The notes beneath the pieces were generated by a model. It was not told where the DNA came from, made no database searches, and was given only the letters and a program-made list of their open reading frames with translations. From Cyanophora paradoxa CCMP329 (Eukaryota; Plantae; Glaucophyta), in NCBI GenBank assembly GCA_004431415.1, contig QPMI01000001.1, positions 1 to 50,032 on the forward strand: DNA of 50,032 nucleotides, written 5' to 3'. The translations under genes and the position numbers were made by a program. Shown piece after piece: positions 1 through 10,419 of the stretch. Every line of letters begins with the position of its first letter. The first letter of the stretch is position 1.

Positions 1-398
1 GCCGAGGCCAGCAGCAGGAGCAGCAGGAGCAGCAGCAGCCCGCCTCCGGCGAGGCTTCCAAGGCGGCCCCCGCCGCCCCCCGAAGCAATAGCGGCGGCGC
101 CGGCCAGCCCTCCTCCCTCGCATTCCCCCCTCGGTCCGGCCAGCCGGCCCCGCGCGCGCCGGGGCCGGATGCGCTTTCCTCGCGTCTTGTGCGCGCCTTG
201 AGTTACCGTACGACCAACAACAGCCGGTCTAGTCCCTGTCAAATGTCGGAATTCTTGTCGGTTGCCCACATTCGGGGGTCATCGCCTAGAGGGTAGACGG
301 GTCGCGAGGATGGGCTTGCCCACGGCGACGTCGCGGCGGCTCCCGTTGAAGACGGGGCACGCCACCGACAGGTCTGCCGCCGCCGCGCCGAGAGGGCG

Positions 399-1688
399 TC
401 AGCGGGGCGGCGCCGGCGAGATCGGGGGACGCACGGTTAATGGAGCCGCAGATGACGCAGCCGCGCGTGGCACGTGGGCGCGGGCGGAGGCCGGGGCGGC
501 GGGGGGGCCGCCGCGGCCGGAGCCGGGGCCGGGGCCGGCGCGGGGGGCGAGGCGGGGCCGGGGCCGGGCGGCGGGCCGGCGGGGGCGCCTGCCTTCCGTT
601 GCGGATGGAGGCGGCGGATTCCGGGCGGGGGAGGGAGCGCCTGGAGCCCGAGGCGGAGTTGCCGCCGGGGGAGCGGGCGGGATGCCGTCCCGCGCAAACG
701 GCCGCCCGCCTCCAGCTCCGCTCGCGCTCCCGCTCCGGAGCTCCTTCGACTTGGCCTTGAGCTCCTCCTCGAGCGCCGCGCCTTGACGCGCAGCAGCACG
801 CCTCCGCCCGCTCTCTCCGCCGACTTCCACGCCGCCTCCAGCTCCGACCCGGGCTCCAGCTTCGCCGCCGCCGGCCGCCCTGCGCCGGCCCGCGGTCAGG
901 AGCCGCGGAAGGCGGGCCGGAGGGCAGCGCGCTTTGGTTTCATTGCGCAGCTCCTCGAGCTCCGCCTCGCGCTCCTTCAGCGCCTTGTCGCTCTCCATGA
1001 GTCTCTGCACAAGCTGCTGCATCTGCGCGTCGCCGGCCGGTGGGCGGCGTCGGCAGGCGCCAGGGGGGCAGCGAACGGCATGCGGACCCTGCCCGCAGGT
1101 CCGTCAGTCCTGCTCCTGCGACGCCACGTCTCCTCCTTCTCCTCGATCTCGGCCTTCAGCTCGTCGAGCCGCGTCTTGGCCTGCGCCCCACGCGCGCGTC
1201 CATCAGGCGGCGTGGGGGCACGCGGGCGCGTGGGGTGCACCGATATTGCAAGCTTCGTGCACTTCTCTTCCAGTCGTCGCGCTCGGCCTCCATTTCCGCC
1301 AGCTTCTCCTCCGTCTCCTTGAGTCGCGTCGCCAGGGCGAGCTCCAACTTCGAGGAGGACGCGCTTTCCTCCATCTAGCTCGCGCCCTGCCTGTGCCGAG
1401 CTAGGCGAACTTGCCAAGTTGAGCACAGCGAAGCCGGCGGGGCCAACACAGACAGCACAACCAGCGCTATAGCTAGGCCTGCAGGGATGCTGTCCGGGGA
1501 GCGCTAGCGGCCGGGCTGGCTGTGCACTGTGCAGACTTGCCTTGGAGACGCCAGGTCGGCTCCGGAGGGGAGGGTTTCCAAATTTGGCTCTTCTCACACT
1601 GCTCAGTTGCAAGCGAATTTCGATTGTCGACGTCCTGAGGGCTGCGGGTACAACCCGAGACCAGCGCACAATAATAGCTATTCCACAA
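399..1688 (-). CDS. Multi-exon coiled-coil protein with a Pro/Ala-rich C-terminus (boundaries approximate)
   Basis: Exon pieces KLELALATRLKETEEKLAEMEAERDDW, AKTRLDELKAEIEEKEE and MQQLVQRLMESDKALKEREAELEELRNE. A 60-nt GT..CTGAT..CAG intron lies at 1240-1181. Confidence 0.55.
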
Positions 1689-1884
1689 GAAGATCTGCCA
1701 AGAAGCTCAAAGCGCCGGGCAGATACACTAAAAAGCAAAAAGCAAGGCCACCTCTGCATGCGGTAATGTACAGACTAAAGGTGGAGATATCGGAAACAAG
1801 ATGATCGAAATACCGGAAATACAACCATCGAGAATAAATGAAAGACTAGTCGCCGGAAAGAATAAATAGGGCGCGCAGGGCGCG

Positions 1885-4409
1885 CTAGATGGAGGAGTCG
1901 GCGAGGATGGCGAGGCCGACGGGGTAGCTCAGCACGACGTTCCCGGCGGCGGCCAAGGCGGCGGCGCCCGCCCGCGTCGCCTCCTTCTCGGTCTCCTCGC
2001 AGGCGGCGGCGGCGTGCAGCGCGCGGTTCAGCTCGTCGACGGCCCAGCCGCGCGCCGCCGCCATCGCGCAGCAGAGGAGGAGGACGGCGGCGGCGTGGAG
2101 GACGGAGGAGCCGCCGTCGCCGCGGCGCGCGGCCGCGCGGCGACCGTCGCCGTCAGCAGCGCCGTCACCGCCACGACCGCGCACACGTGCGGGAAGCGGA
2201 GCTTGAACGAGCCCGTCATCACTGCGCGGAGGGGGCGCGGGGCTCGACGGCGGCGAGGGGGGGCGGGGGGCGGGGTACCGGCGAGCATCGCGGCGTGGAA
2301 GACGAGGCACCACCAGAGCCCGTCGGCCTCGACCCAGCTGCGGGGGTACGTGAGACCGAGGTCGCGCGGGGGTACGGCCGGCGGCGCACTTGGCGAGGGC
2401 GAGGGCGAGGACGGTGGCGCCCTGGGGGCGCGGCGGGTCGGCGCGGGCGGCGCGGCGCGGCGGAGGCGGGGGCCGGGCGGGGCGGACCTGGAGCCAGGCG
2501 AGGGAGGCGATGAGGAGGGCGTCGCGGACGGCCGGCGGCAGGCGCCCCGGCGGGTAGAAGAGCACCAGCGCCATCCCTGCCGCCCCGGCCGCCCGTGAGC
2601 AAGGCCGCACGGGGCGGCGCGGGGGCGCGGGGGCACCTCCGAGGGCCGGGGCACGCCGACGGCGAGGCGGCAGAGCCAGGCGGCCGCACGCCGGCGACGA
2701 CCCGCCAGCAGCGCCCCCGTCGTCTCCACCTTGCCCTGCCCCGCCCCGCCCCGCTCGGGCGGCGCGCAGGAGGCGGGCGGGGCGGGCGAGGCGGGGCGGG
2801 GCGGACGCCGGGGGTGAGGCCGGGGAGGAGGAGGCCGGAGGCGATCGCCTCGTGGAGGTGCCCGACCAGCAGGTCCACCGCCTGCAGGGCGCGAGGGCGT
2901 CAGGGGGCCCGCCGGCGCTCGCCCGGCCCGCCCAGCGCACCATGGAGGCGACGAGCATGCCGGGCAGCGCGACGATCGCCAGCACCCGCAGCGCCTCCCG
3001 CAGCGTCTGCGCGTGGACGCGCGGCTCGGCGGCGGCGGGGGCGCAGAGGCGGCGGGCGCACGAGGCAGTGGGCGACGCGGAAGGCGCGCTCGGCGGCGGG
3101 GTCGGCGAAGGCCATCGTCGCCCGTGCAGCGCGTACCGCGGCGCCTCCGCGCCCCACGCCGCCGCCTTCTCCTGCCCGTGCCGCGACCGCCGCTGCCCCT
3201 GCGAGCGCCGCGAGGCCGGCGCCGCCGCCCCTCGCGCCCGCCCTGTCGCCGTCGCCGGCGCGGCCGGCGGCAGCGGCGTGGGCGTCGGCTCGCCCTCCGT
3301 CGCGCTGCCGGTCGCGGCGTCCGCCGAGTGGCGGCGGGAGGTGGGCGCCGAGGCGCCCTCGGGGACGAACGGCAGCACGGAGCTGGAGCCGCCGGCGCCG
3401 TGCACGCTGGGGCCCCCGGTAGGCACGCCCCACGTCGCCTGGCTGAAGATGGACTGCGAGCTGGAGATCTTGGAGCCCGTGGAGGCGACGTCCGAGTTCC
3501 GGCGGGCGCCGAGCGACGAGGGGGCCGGGAGCGCCGCCGCCGAGGCTCCGCTGTGGTTCGACCCCTGCGAGTCCCGCCGCGCCCCCGCCGGCCCGGCCGC
3601 CCACACTGTCGCCGCCGCGGCGTCGGGCCTCGCCACGGCGAGCATGCCAGCGATGCCGGCCGTGTCGAGGGCCGGCGGCGGCAGCTCGACGGGCGGCGGC
3701 TCGAAGGCCACCCGGCTCCCGATCTTGGGCGCCCCCGCGGGGCCGACGGCGGCCGCCGCAGCCGAGGCGGGCGAGGCGGGGTCGGGGGCGCGCGGGCGCG
3801 CCAGCCAGCGATGCGGAGGTAGGGCCAGAGGCGCGAGGCGGGGTCGTCGGGGGCGGCGAGGGGCAGGTTCGGCCGCCGGCACACGTGCGCCAGCCGCGAC
3901 GTCGACATCCGGCTCGCCACGCGCTGGAAGAGCCGCCGGTCTGGCGCGCGCAGAGCCGGGGCGAGTGAGGACGCGAGGAGGGACCGAGGCCGCGGGGGCG
4001 GGGGCGGGGGCGGGGGGGCGGACCGGCCTGCTCCTCGGAGAAGCCGGCGATGACGGAGAACGAGAGGACGGCGCAGCCGGCGATGAAGTGCGCCCAGCGC
4101 GCGTCGATCAGCTGCCGGGGGCCCCGGCGGGGTCGGACGAGGGGCGGGGCCGGGGCCGGGGCCGGGGCGGGCGGGGGCGCACGGGGACGCGGCGCCAGAC
4201 GACGGCGAAGTGCATGGCGACCGCCACGGTGGACACCAGCACCGCCGGCGTCAGCCGTATCTGACGCCCCCGTCAGGGCTCGAGCCGGCACGAAGAGAGC
4301 GGAGCTGGGCGCTTGCCCTCAGCACGGTCCAGACCAGCCAGAGCCATATCGCGAAGCCGCACTGCCGCGGGGGAGAGCGGGGGATCGGGAGGATGCGCGC
4401 GGCGCAGGG

Positions 4410-4450
<41 letters not shown>

Positions 4451-6937
4451 ACGGGCGCGCACGACGAGGATGCGGAAGCCGTCGACGGAGGGTACGCCGA
4501 AGGCGTACGCGGCGATGTAGTCCGCAGAGAAATAAAGGAGGGAGAAGCCGGCTGGGGATACGGGAAGCGTCGGGTCGGGCGACAGGAGGGGCGGGGCGAG
4601 GGGCGGACCGGCGATCCAGTCGTAGGCGAGGGAGACGCGGTCGGCGAGGGCGGCGAGGCGCGGCCCGCCGCCATCTGCCCGGCCCGTCAGGTGGCGAGCG
4701 GCGCGGCGCGCGACCCCGCGCCCCGGGACTCGCCTCGACGGCCCAGGCCTCGGCGGCGGCGGCCCGCGGCCGCGACGCCGCCCGGCCGCCCGGCGCCGTT
4801 GATGGGCTCGGGGAAGGTCCCGCGGCGGCGGCGCGCCGGTGGCGGGCGCGGGAGCGGTCGGCGAGGAGCGGGGGCAGGGAGGCGAGGAGGGCGAGGAGGC
4901 AGGCCGGGAGCTTGAGGGCGAGGTGCAGGGCGTAGGACTTGCGCTGCAGGGCCGGCGGGTCAGCGGCGCGGGGCCTCGGGGCGGGGCGGGGAGGCGGGCC
5001 GCACCGCCACGTCCCCGGCGCCGGGCTCGGAGGGGTACAGGGCGACGGCGAAGAGGGCGAGGAGGGCGACGAAGGCGCGCAGGGGGCCCCACTTGCGCGT
5101 CGTCGCCTGCCGCGGGGCCGGCGTGAGGCCAGGGCCGGGGCGGGGAGGGGCGCGGGCGCGGGCGGGCGCACGGAGACGTGGGTGTAGAGGCGCTCGTGGG
5201 AGCCGCGGGAGAAGCGGAGGAGGACGGGGTGCAGGTCCATCTTCCTGGGCGGCGCCGGCGGGCCCCCGGCGGTCTGGGGCGGGGGCGGGGGCGGCGGGCG
5301 GCGCAGGGAGAGGAAGGTCTGGAGGACGGTGCCGAGGCGGGAGACGGGCGAGCCCTCGCGGTCCGTGCTGTGCCCCTCCCGCCGCTCCGCCCGCGCCGCC
5401 GCCGCCGCCGTGTTCGGGCGCCGCAGGCCGGCCGAGGAGGAGGGCGCCCCGGCCCCGATGGCCCCCGAGCGGATGGCGGCGCCGGCGGTGCGCGGGCGGA
5501 TGGAGTTGGAGCGCCCGCGCAGGGGCGGCGCCGGCTCGGCCGGCCGCGCCGCCTCCTCCTCCTCCTCGTCGAGCAGGTCGCTGCCCGAGTCCGAGGCCTC
5601 GTCGGCGGTCCTCTGCCGGGAGCGGGCGCGCCAGGCCTTGGCGGCGCGGCTGGCGCTCCGCAGCGCGGTCGCGGCGTTGGCCATGTGTAGCTTGGGCGCG
5701 CCGGGGCCCGTGGGGGACGCGGAGCCCGGCGAGAGCGCCGCCCGCGAGCGCGTGCGGGCGCCCCTTATCGACACCGACCGCGTCGCCTGGCCCTGCGCCT
5801 GCGCCCGCCCCTCGCGTCGGCCGGGAGGGCGGGGGCGCCGGCGCGAGGCGGGCCGAGCCGCACCTTCTCCATGCTGGGGGAGGCCCCGTGGGGACCTCGG
5901 GGTGAGCCCGGCTGTCGCCCGCCGCCGGCCCCCCACGACCGCCCCCGCCGCAGCGTCCTCCTCCGGGGCCTCGCCCCTGGCGGCAGCCCCTCCGCCTCCG
6001 CGGCGGCGCCGGCGCGCGGCTCGACCGCGCCGGCGCCGTCCGCGCGCTCGGCGGAGGCGGGGCCGAAGACGGTGGCGTGGCTGTGCCGCCGGAGGCTCTG
6101 CCGGCGGATGCTGAGGCTGCGCACCGCGTCGGGGTTCTCGCCGCTCCCGTCGGAGCGCGCCAGGGAACGCTGGCTGTCCGTCGCGCTCCCCGCGTCCGAC
6201 GAGTGCACCGCCCCCTCCTCCAGCGACAGGCGCAGCTTCGCCCCGCGGCTCTTGAAGCTCTTGTTGAAGGCGACTGCGCGGCGCGTGGCGTCGGCGTGCG
6301 GGGCGGGGTGCGCGGTGCGCGCGCCCCGGGGCGCACCGGGGGGCCGCTTGGGGATGATGAGCCGCCCGAAGGACATCGTCTCGACTGCCTCGTGCGATCG
6401 CTCGCTGGCATCCGAGTCCTGCGCGCCGCGCCGTGCTTAGCTAGCCCCGCATGGGGCGACGAGTCAAAGGCGGCACCTCCTCCTCCTCGAGCTCCTCCTG
6501 CTCGGCAGCCACGGGCGACTCCGCCCTGACCAGCTCAGCGGCCTCGTGCTCAGCCGCGCTCTCGTCCGCATCGCGCGGTGCGGCAGCGGCCTCAATGTCG
6601 CTGAACTGTGCAGTGCGTGAGCGGCCAGCGCTCATTCTTAAACGCGCCTCGTGCTCACCTGGATGTTCCTTAGAGACTTCTTCTTGCTCTTGCTGCTGAC
6701 GGCCTCCAGCGGTGCTAGCTGCAAATCCGGCAAAACGCCTGCATTGAGCATAGACGGCAACTCCCCAATAAAGCTGGCCGAGAGATTTGCGACAAAGGAG
6801 ATGAGACGGTGCTCCCGATGCTCAGCTGCTCCCTGCTCGGCCGTGTCATTCGAGGACGGCGGCGATTCGCTGGTATGAAGGTCCTCTACGAGGGGCATCT
6901 CCGGCGCTGCTGGAGGATCGCCTGGATCGCCCGGCAT
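1885..6937 (-). CDS. Multi-exon polytopic membrane protein with two TM cassettes resembling transmembrane adenylyl/guanylyl cyclase anchors; no catalytic domain seen
   Basis: A spliced N-terminus (NIQ|FSDIE, EEE|DSDAS) and long disordered region precede DLHPVLLRFSRGSHERLY plus several hydrophobic exons, a linker, then MAFADPAAERAF plus further hydrophobic exons ending AVDELNRAL...ADSSI*. Confidence 0.65.
4411..4449. repeat. Intronic G39 homopolymer (poly-C on the sense strand)
   Basis: Directly visible run of G; the length is unreliable if this is long-read data. Confidence 0.85.
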
Positions 6938-7537
6938 CGAAGCACCTCACTCGGAAGGGCCTGGGGGTACGTGCACCGGGGACGGGGCCGGACTGGCATG
7001 GCGGACTTCGATCGTCCTCCGATCCTGACACTCGAGGCGCTAGCGCTAGCTAAAGGGCGCCTCCGGTCCGCGCGCGCGTAGCCGGCTAGCCGCGCCTGCC
7101 GGCGCCCGGCGAGACTCTGAGATCCCAGTGCTGCGGCATGATCATGAGCTAATTCGAATTCGAAATGATCGCGAGTCGACGTTGATCGGTGGATCGGCGC
7201 CGCGGCGGATCGGACCGGAGGCCTGCCGGGGCGCCAGCTGCAGGCTGCGTATACGTATAATTTTAAACAGCGCATGCATTGGAGTCAGACGCGCATGCAA
7301 ATGCTGCATATATAACTTGGTAATTTTAAGTATATTCGAGCTCGGATCGCACTCGCATTGTTACAGAGGAAAGCGTAGGGCGCAACGATGAAGCTTTAAA
7401 ACTTGTGTAGAACTAGACTAGACTACAGCGAATAACAGGAATCAAATACATAGCCGGCAAGAGAACCCATGAGTCGGAAGCACTAGACGATGTGAAGACG
7501 GCAGCAATTAATAACCCTAGAGACGCCATCGGAAGAC

Positions 7538-8925
7538 TCAGAACTCGTCCCTCTCCTTCAGGCCGGCGGCGCGTCTCGCGGCGTCCTTGATGAACTGGAA
7601 CGGGGGTACGTGAGCGAAGCCCGGGGAGGGTGGATTCGGGGACGGGCCGGCACCTCGACGCGCTCGGGCACCTCGGCGAGCCACGTCGCGTCGTCCCACA
7701 GCTGCCGCGGGGGGGAGGGGTGCGGTGTTCAGGAAGGGTGGGCGGGCGCTCGAAGGGGGCGCGGGCGCGGGTACCCTGATGAAGAGCACGTGGTCGCCCT
7801 TGCGCAGGGCTTCTCCGAGCCTCTGGACGAGCCCGTCCTCTGCGATGCCGTAACCCCTCAGCCCGGGCCCAGAGATCTGTGCCCCGCATATGCATCGAAC
7901 GGCGTACCCCGGATCCTCTCGGCGTCGGTGTAGGCCTTGCGCCTCGTCCTCTGGGGCGCGGCTTCGCCCTCCTCCTCCAGGAGGCCTGCGTTCGCGCCGC
8001 CGGCTGAGCCGGCGCGGCGGCGCGGAGGGCGCCTCGCCGCGGGGCACCCGCGAGGGCGCCGAGGGAGAGCGGGCGCCGGGCGCCCCGCTCCGCCTCCTCC
8101 TCGGCCGCCGCCGCCGCCGCCGCCGCCTCCCTCCGCCGCCTCTCCTCCTCCGCCGCCGCCCGCCGCTTGATCTCCGCCTCGCGCTTCTGCGCAGCCGCGT
8201 CCAGCTCGGCGGTGCGGGGGGCGGGGCGGGCGGGCGCGGCGCGCCTTCATCTGGAAGCGGTCGAGCTTGGTGGCCTCGAGCTCGATCATGGCGAGGCTCT
8301 TGCGGCGCGCGGGGGAGCCGGTCCCCTGCTGCAGGCCCTCCAGCACCGCCCCGGAGGGCATCGGCGAGCCCGCCTCCCGCCTCGAGGGCGCGGGGGACCT
8401 TCCCGAGCGGCCCCCGAGGCTCTGCCGGCTCCCCGGCCTGCTCCCCGGCCGCTGCGCGGCGCGGTGAGGCAGGCGGCGCCCCTGCGGGCCTACGATCGCA
8501 GGGCGTCGGCTCACCAGGCCCGGCAGCTTCGGGGTCACGGCCGCGCGAACCGAGTCCCTCAGCATGATCTGCAGGCCGTCAACGCCCGGCGCGGGGCCCC
8601 CGGAGACGGGCGGCGGCGCTGCGCCCACCGTCTCGGCGGCCACTATCGAGGACGCGATCGCGTTCTTGTTCTCCTCCCGCGAGCGGGACGCCAGAATGAC
8701 CTCGTACGGCGTCTTGCGCCTCAGATCCTGCGCTCCAGGGGCTCTTGAGTGCGCGGGATGCGCGCGGGCGGCAACCTGACTCGCCTGGTCCAGCGGAAAT
8801 GCGAATTTGTAGTCGTAAAGGACCGCCTGCGTCGTTCCGGGCCTAGCTTGGTGCGGGCTGCGGAGCGGAGCGCATGTGCCCACCTCGGCAGGCGTTTTGG
8901 GCCGGAGAATCGCGCGCGGGCCCAT
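7538..8925 (-). CDS. Multi-exon hypothetical protein
   Basis: MGPRAILRPKTPAE|AVLYDYKFAFPLDQ|DLRRKTPYEVIL...|LWDDATWLAEVPERVE|FIKDAARRAAGLKERDEF*, with GT-AG and GC-AG introns between blocks. Confidence 0.6.
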
Positions 8926-9443
8926 GGAGCCCAGCGAGGACGACGAGCTGGACCGCTCGAGGTCCCATCGCCCTGCAGAAAGCCTCAGACCAAGGCTGCG
9001 AACGAGTTGCGGGCCACGCACCTCCAGGATACTTCCGCATGGTGCTAGGGCTGCCAATCTAGCTCTTTCTAGCTATTGCCTGCTGCAAGAAAAGCTACCG
9101 AGGGCCCGGCATGGCCTGCGACGAGGCCGCGCCAACGTGGACGCTGGCCGCGGCGAATACGCCCTCCAGGCTCTTCAAGCGCCAGTCTGGGGCGTGCAGG
9201 TGCTCGGGCGCTTGGGCTTGCGGCGACTCTCGGCGAGGTTTGCTTCAAGCCAAATATGTCTCCGAGTCGATTCGAACACTGTGCCCAAAGCTCGAGAGGA
9301 GATGAGTTGAAGATCTGGAGGAGGCGAGCTAGCTATAGGGACGTGGAAGTTGAAGAGGGACGTGCAAAAGTCGGAAGGGCAAAAGCGCCACCGACGCTCC
9401 CCTATCCTGGGGCCTCGCGGCTGGTGGATTTCGGGGGCAACAG

Positions 9444-9515
9444 TGCACTCGCCGGGACTCGAACCCGGGCCCCACGCGTGGGAGGCGTGGATCTTAACCC
9501 CTCGACCACGAGTGC
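9444..9515 (-). tRNA. tRNA-Gly (CCC)
   Basis: The reverse complement GCACTCG-TG-GTCGAGGGGTTAAGAT-C-CACGC-CTCCCAC-GCGTG-GGGC-CCGGG-TTCGAGT-CCCGG-CGAGTGC-A folds as a 72-nt cloverleaf. Anticodon CCC; discriminator A (eukaryote/archaea-type Gly). Confidence 0.95.
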
Positions 9516-9605
9516 AGATGGCGAAATTCCCGCTTTTTACCCGGCCTGGTCCGAATAACGCAGAGGTCGTTCGGGGAGAGAGCGGCGTGGTCGTGGTCCA
9601 GGGCC

Positions 9606-9745
9606 ATGGCGCGCCGCGGCGCCGCCTCGGCCGCCCGCAAGGTCCTCTACATGCGCGAGTACCGCACCACGGACAGCGGCCTCGAGCTCTCGCGGGCGCG
9701 CCACGCGGCGTTCAAGCGCGACGCCCGCGCGTCCTCCCTAGCTAG
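9606..9745 (+). CDS. Small basic ORF 1 (YMREYR...LELSR); 3' end uncertain
   Basis: MARRGAASAARKVLYMREYRTTDSGLELSRARHAAFKRD shares motifs with the ORF at 9860. Confidence 0.3.
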
Positions 9746-9859
9746 CTCTTGTCGCTCTTGTGCTTATCAGGCAAACACCCGAATTTTAGGGGAGGTCGTT
9801 CGGGGAGGGGAGACCGCAGGGGGGGTTGCAATTGTTGGCGAAGCGAGAAGGCCCCCGAC

Positions 9860-10117
9860 ATGCCCCGCTCGCCCGAGTCCGTCCAGCGCAACGTCGAGTA
9901 CATGCGGCGCTACCGCAGCACGCCGCGCGCCCTCGCGCTCGCCGTCGTGTACCGCGCCAAGCCCGGCACGCTGGCGAAGGTCGCCGAGCGCGCGGATCCG
10001 GAGCGCGCGGCGCTGCGCAGGCTCGTGAACCTCGAGCTCTCGCGTGGAGGGCCCCGGGCGCCTGCAAGCCGCTCCCGCGCGCTCTTCGCGCACCACAGGT
10101 TCATCGGATCTGGCTAG
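9860..10117 (+). CDS. Small basic intronless ORF 2 (YMRRYR...LELSR)
   Basis: MPRSPESVQRNVEYMRRYRSTPRALALAVVYRAKPG...NLELSR...FIGSG*; codon usage looks coding-like (GC3-rich). Confidence 0.4.
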   Translation: MPRSPESVQRNVEYMRRYRSTPRALALAVVYRAKPGTLAKVAERADPERAALRRLVNLELSRGGPRAPASRSRALFAHHRFIGSG

Positions 10118-10178
10118 CGCTCGACGCGTGGCGCATGCCGGACCCGCCCGCGGCCCTGCGCGCTCTGAATCCGTAATC

Positions 10179-10200
10179 AGATCTAGATCTAGATCTAGAT
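10179..10200. repeat. (AGATCT)n self-complementary microsatellite
   Basis: agatctagatctagatctagat; similar tracts near 12462, 22002 and 38292. Confidence 0.85.
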
Positions 10201-10419
10201 CAAGCTGACGAGCACTCAAGGTCTGATCGCTGACGCCCTCGCAGCTACCTCCGCCCTTCCCGGGCCCTCGCGATCGTTGCTTCGGCATGCGCAGGTACCG
10301 GTGCTCCGAGTCGATCTTGCGATGCAGTCAGGGCGATCGCGAACGCGCGTGCAGTCGGCTCGCAGGATCCCGGAGTCACTGATCATGAGTAGCATGCGTT
10401 AAAATTTGATTCGATTCTT

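Noticed and set aside
1-200. Possible 5' end of a minus-strand secreted protein (poly-Leu from CTG repeats)
   Set aside because: Too short and truncated by the window; start and frame could not be established.
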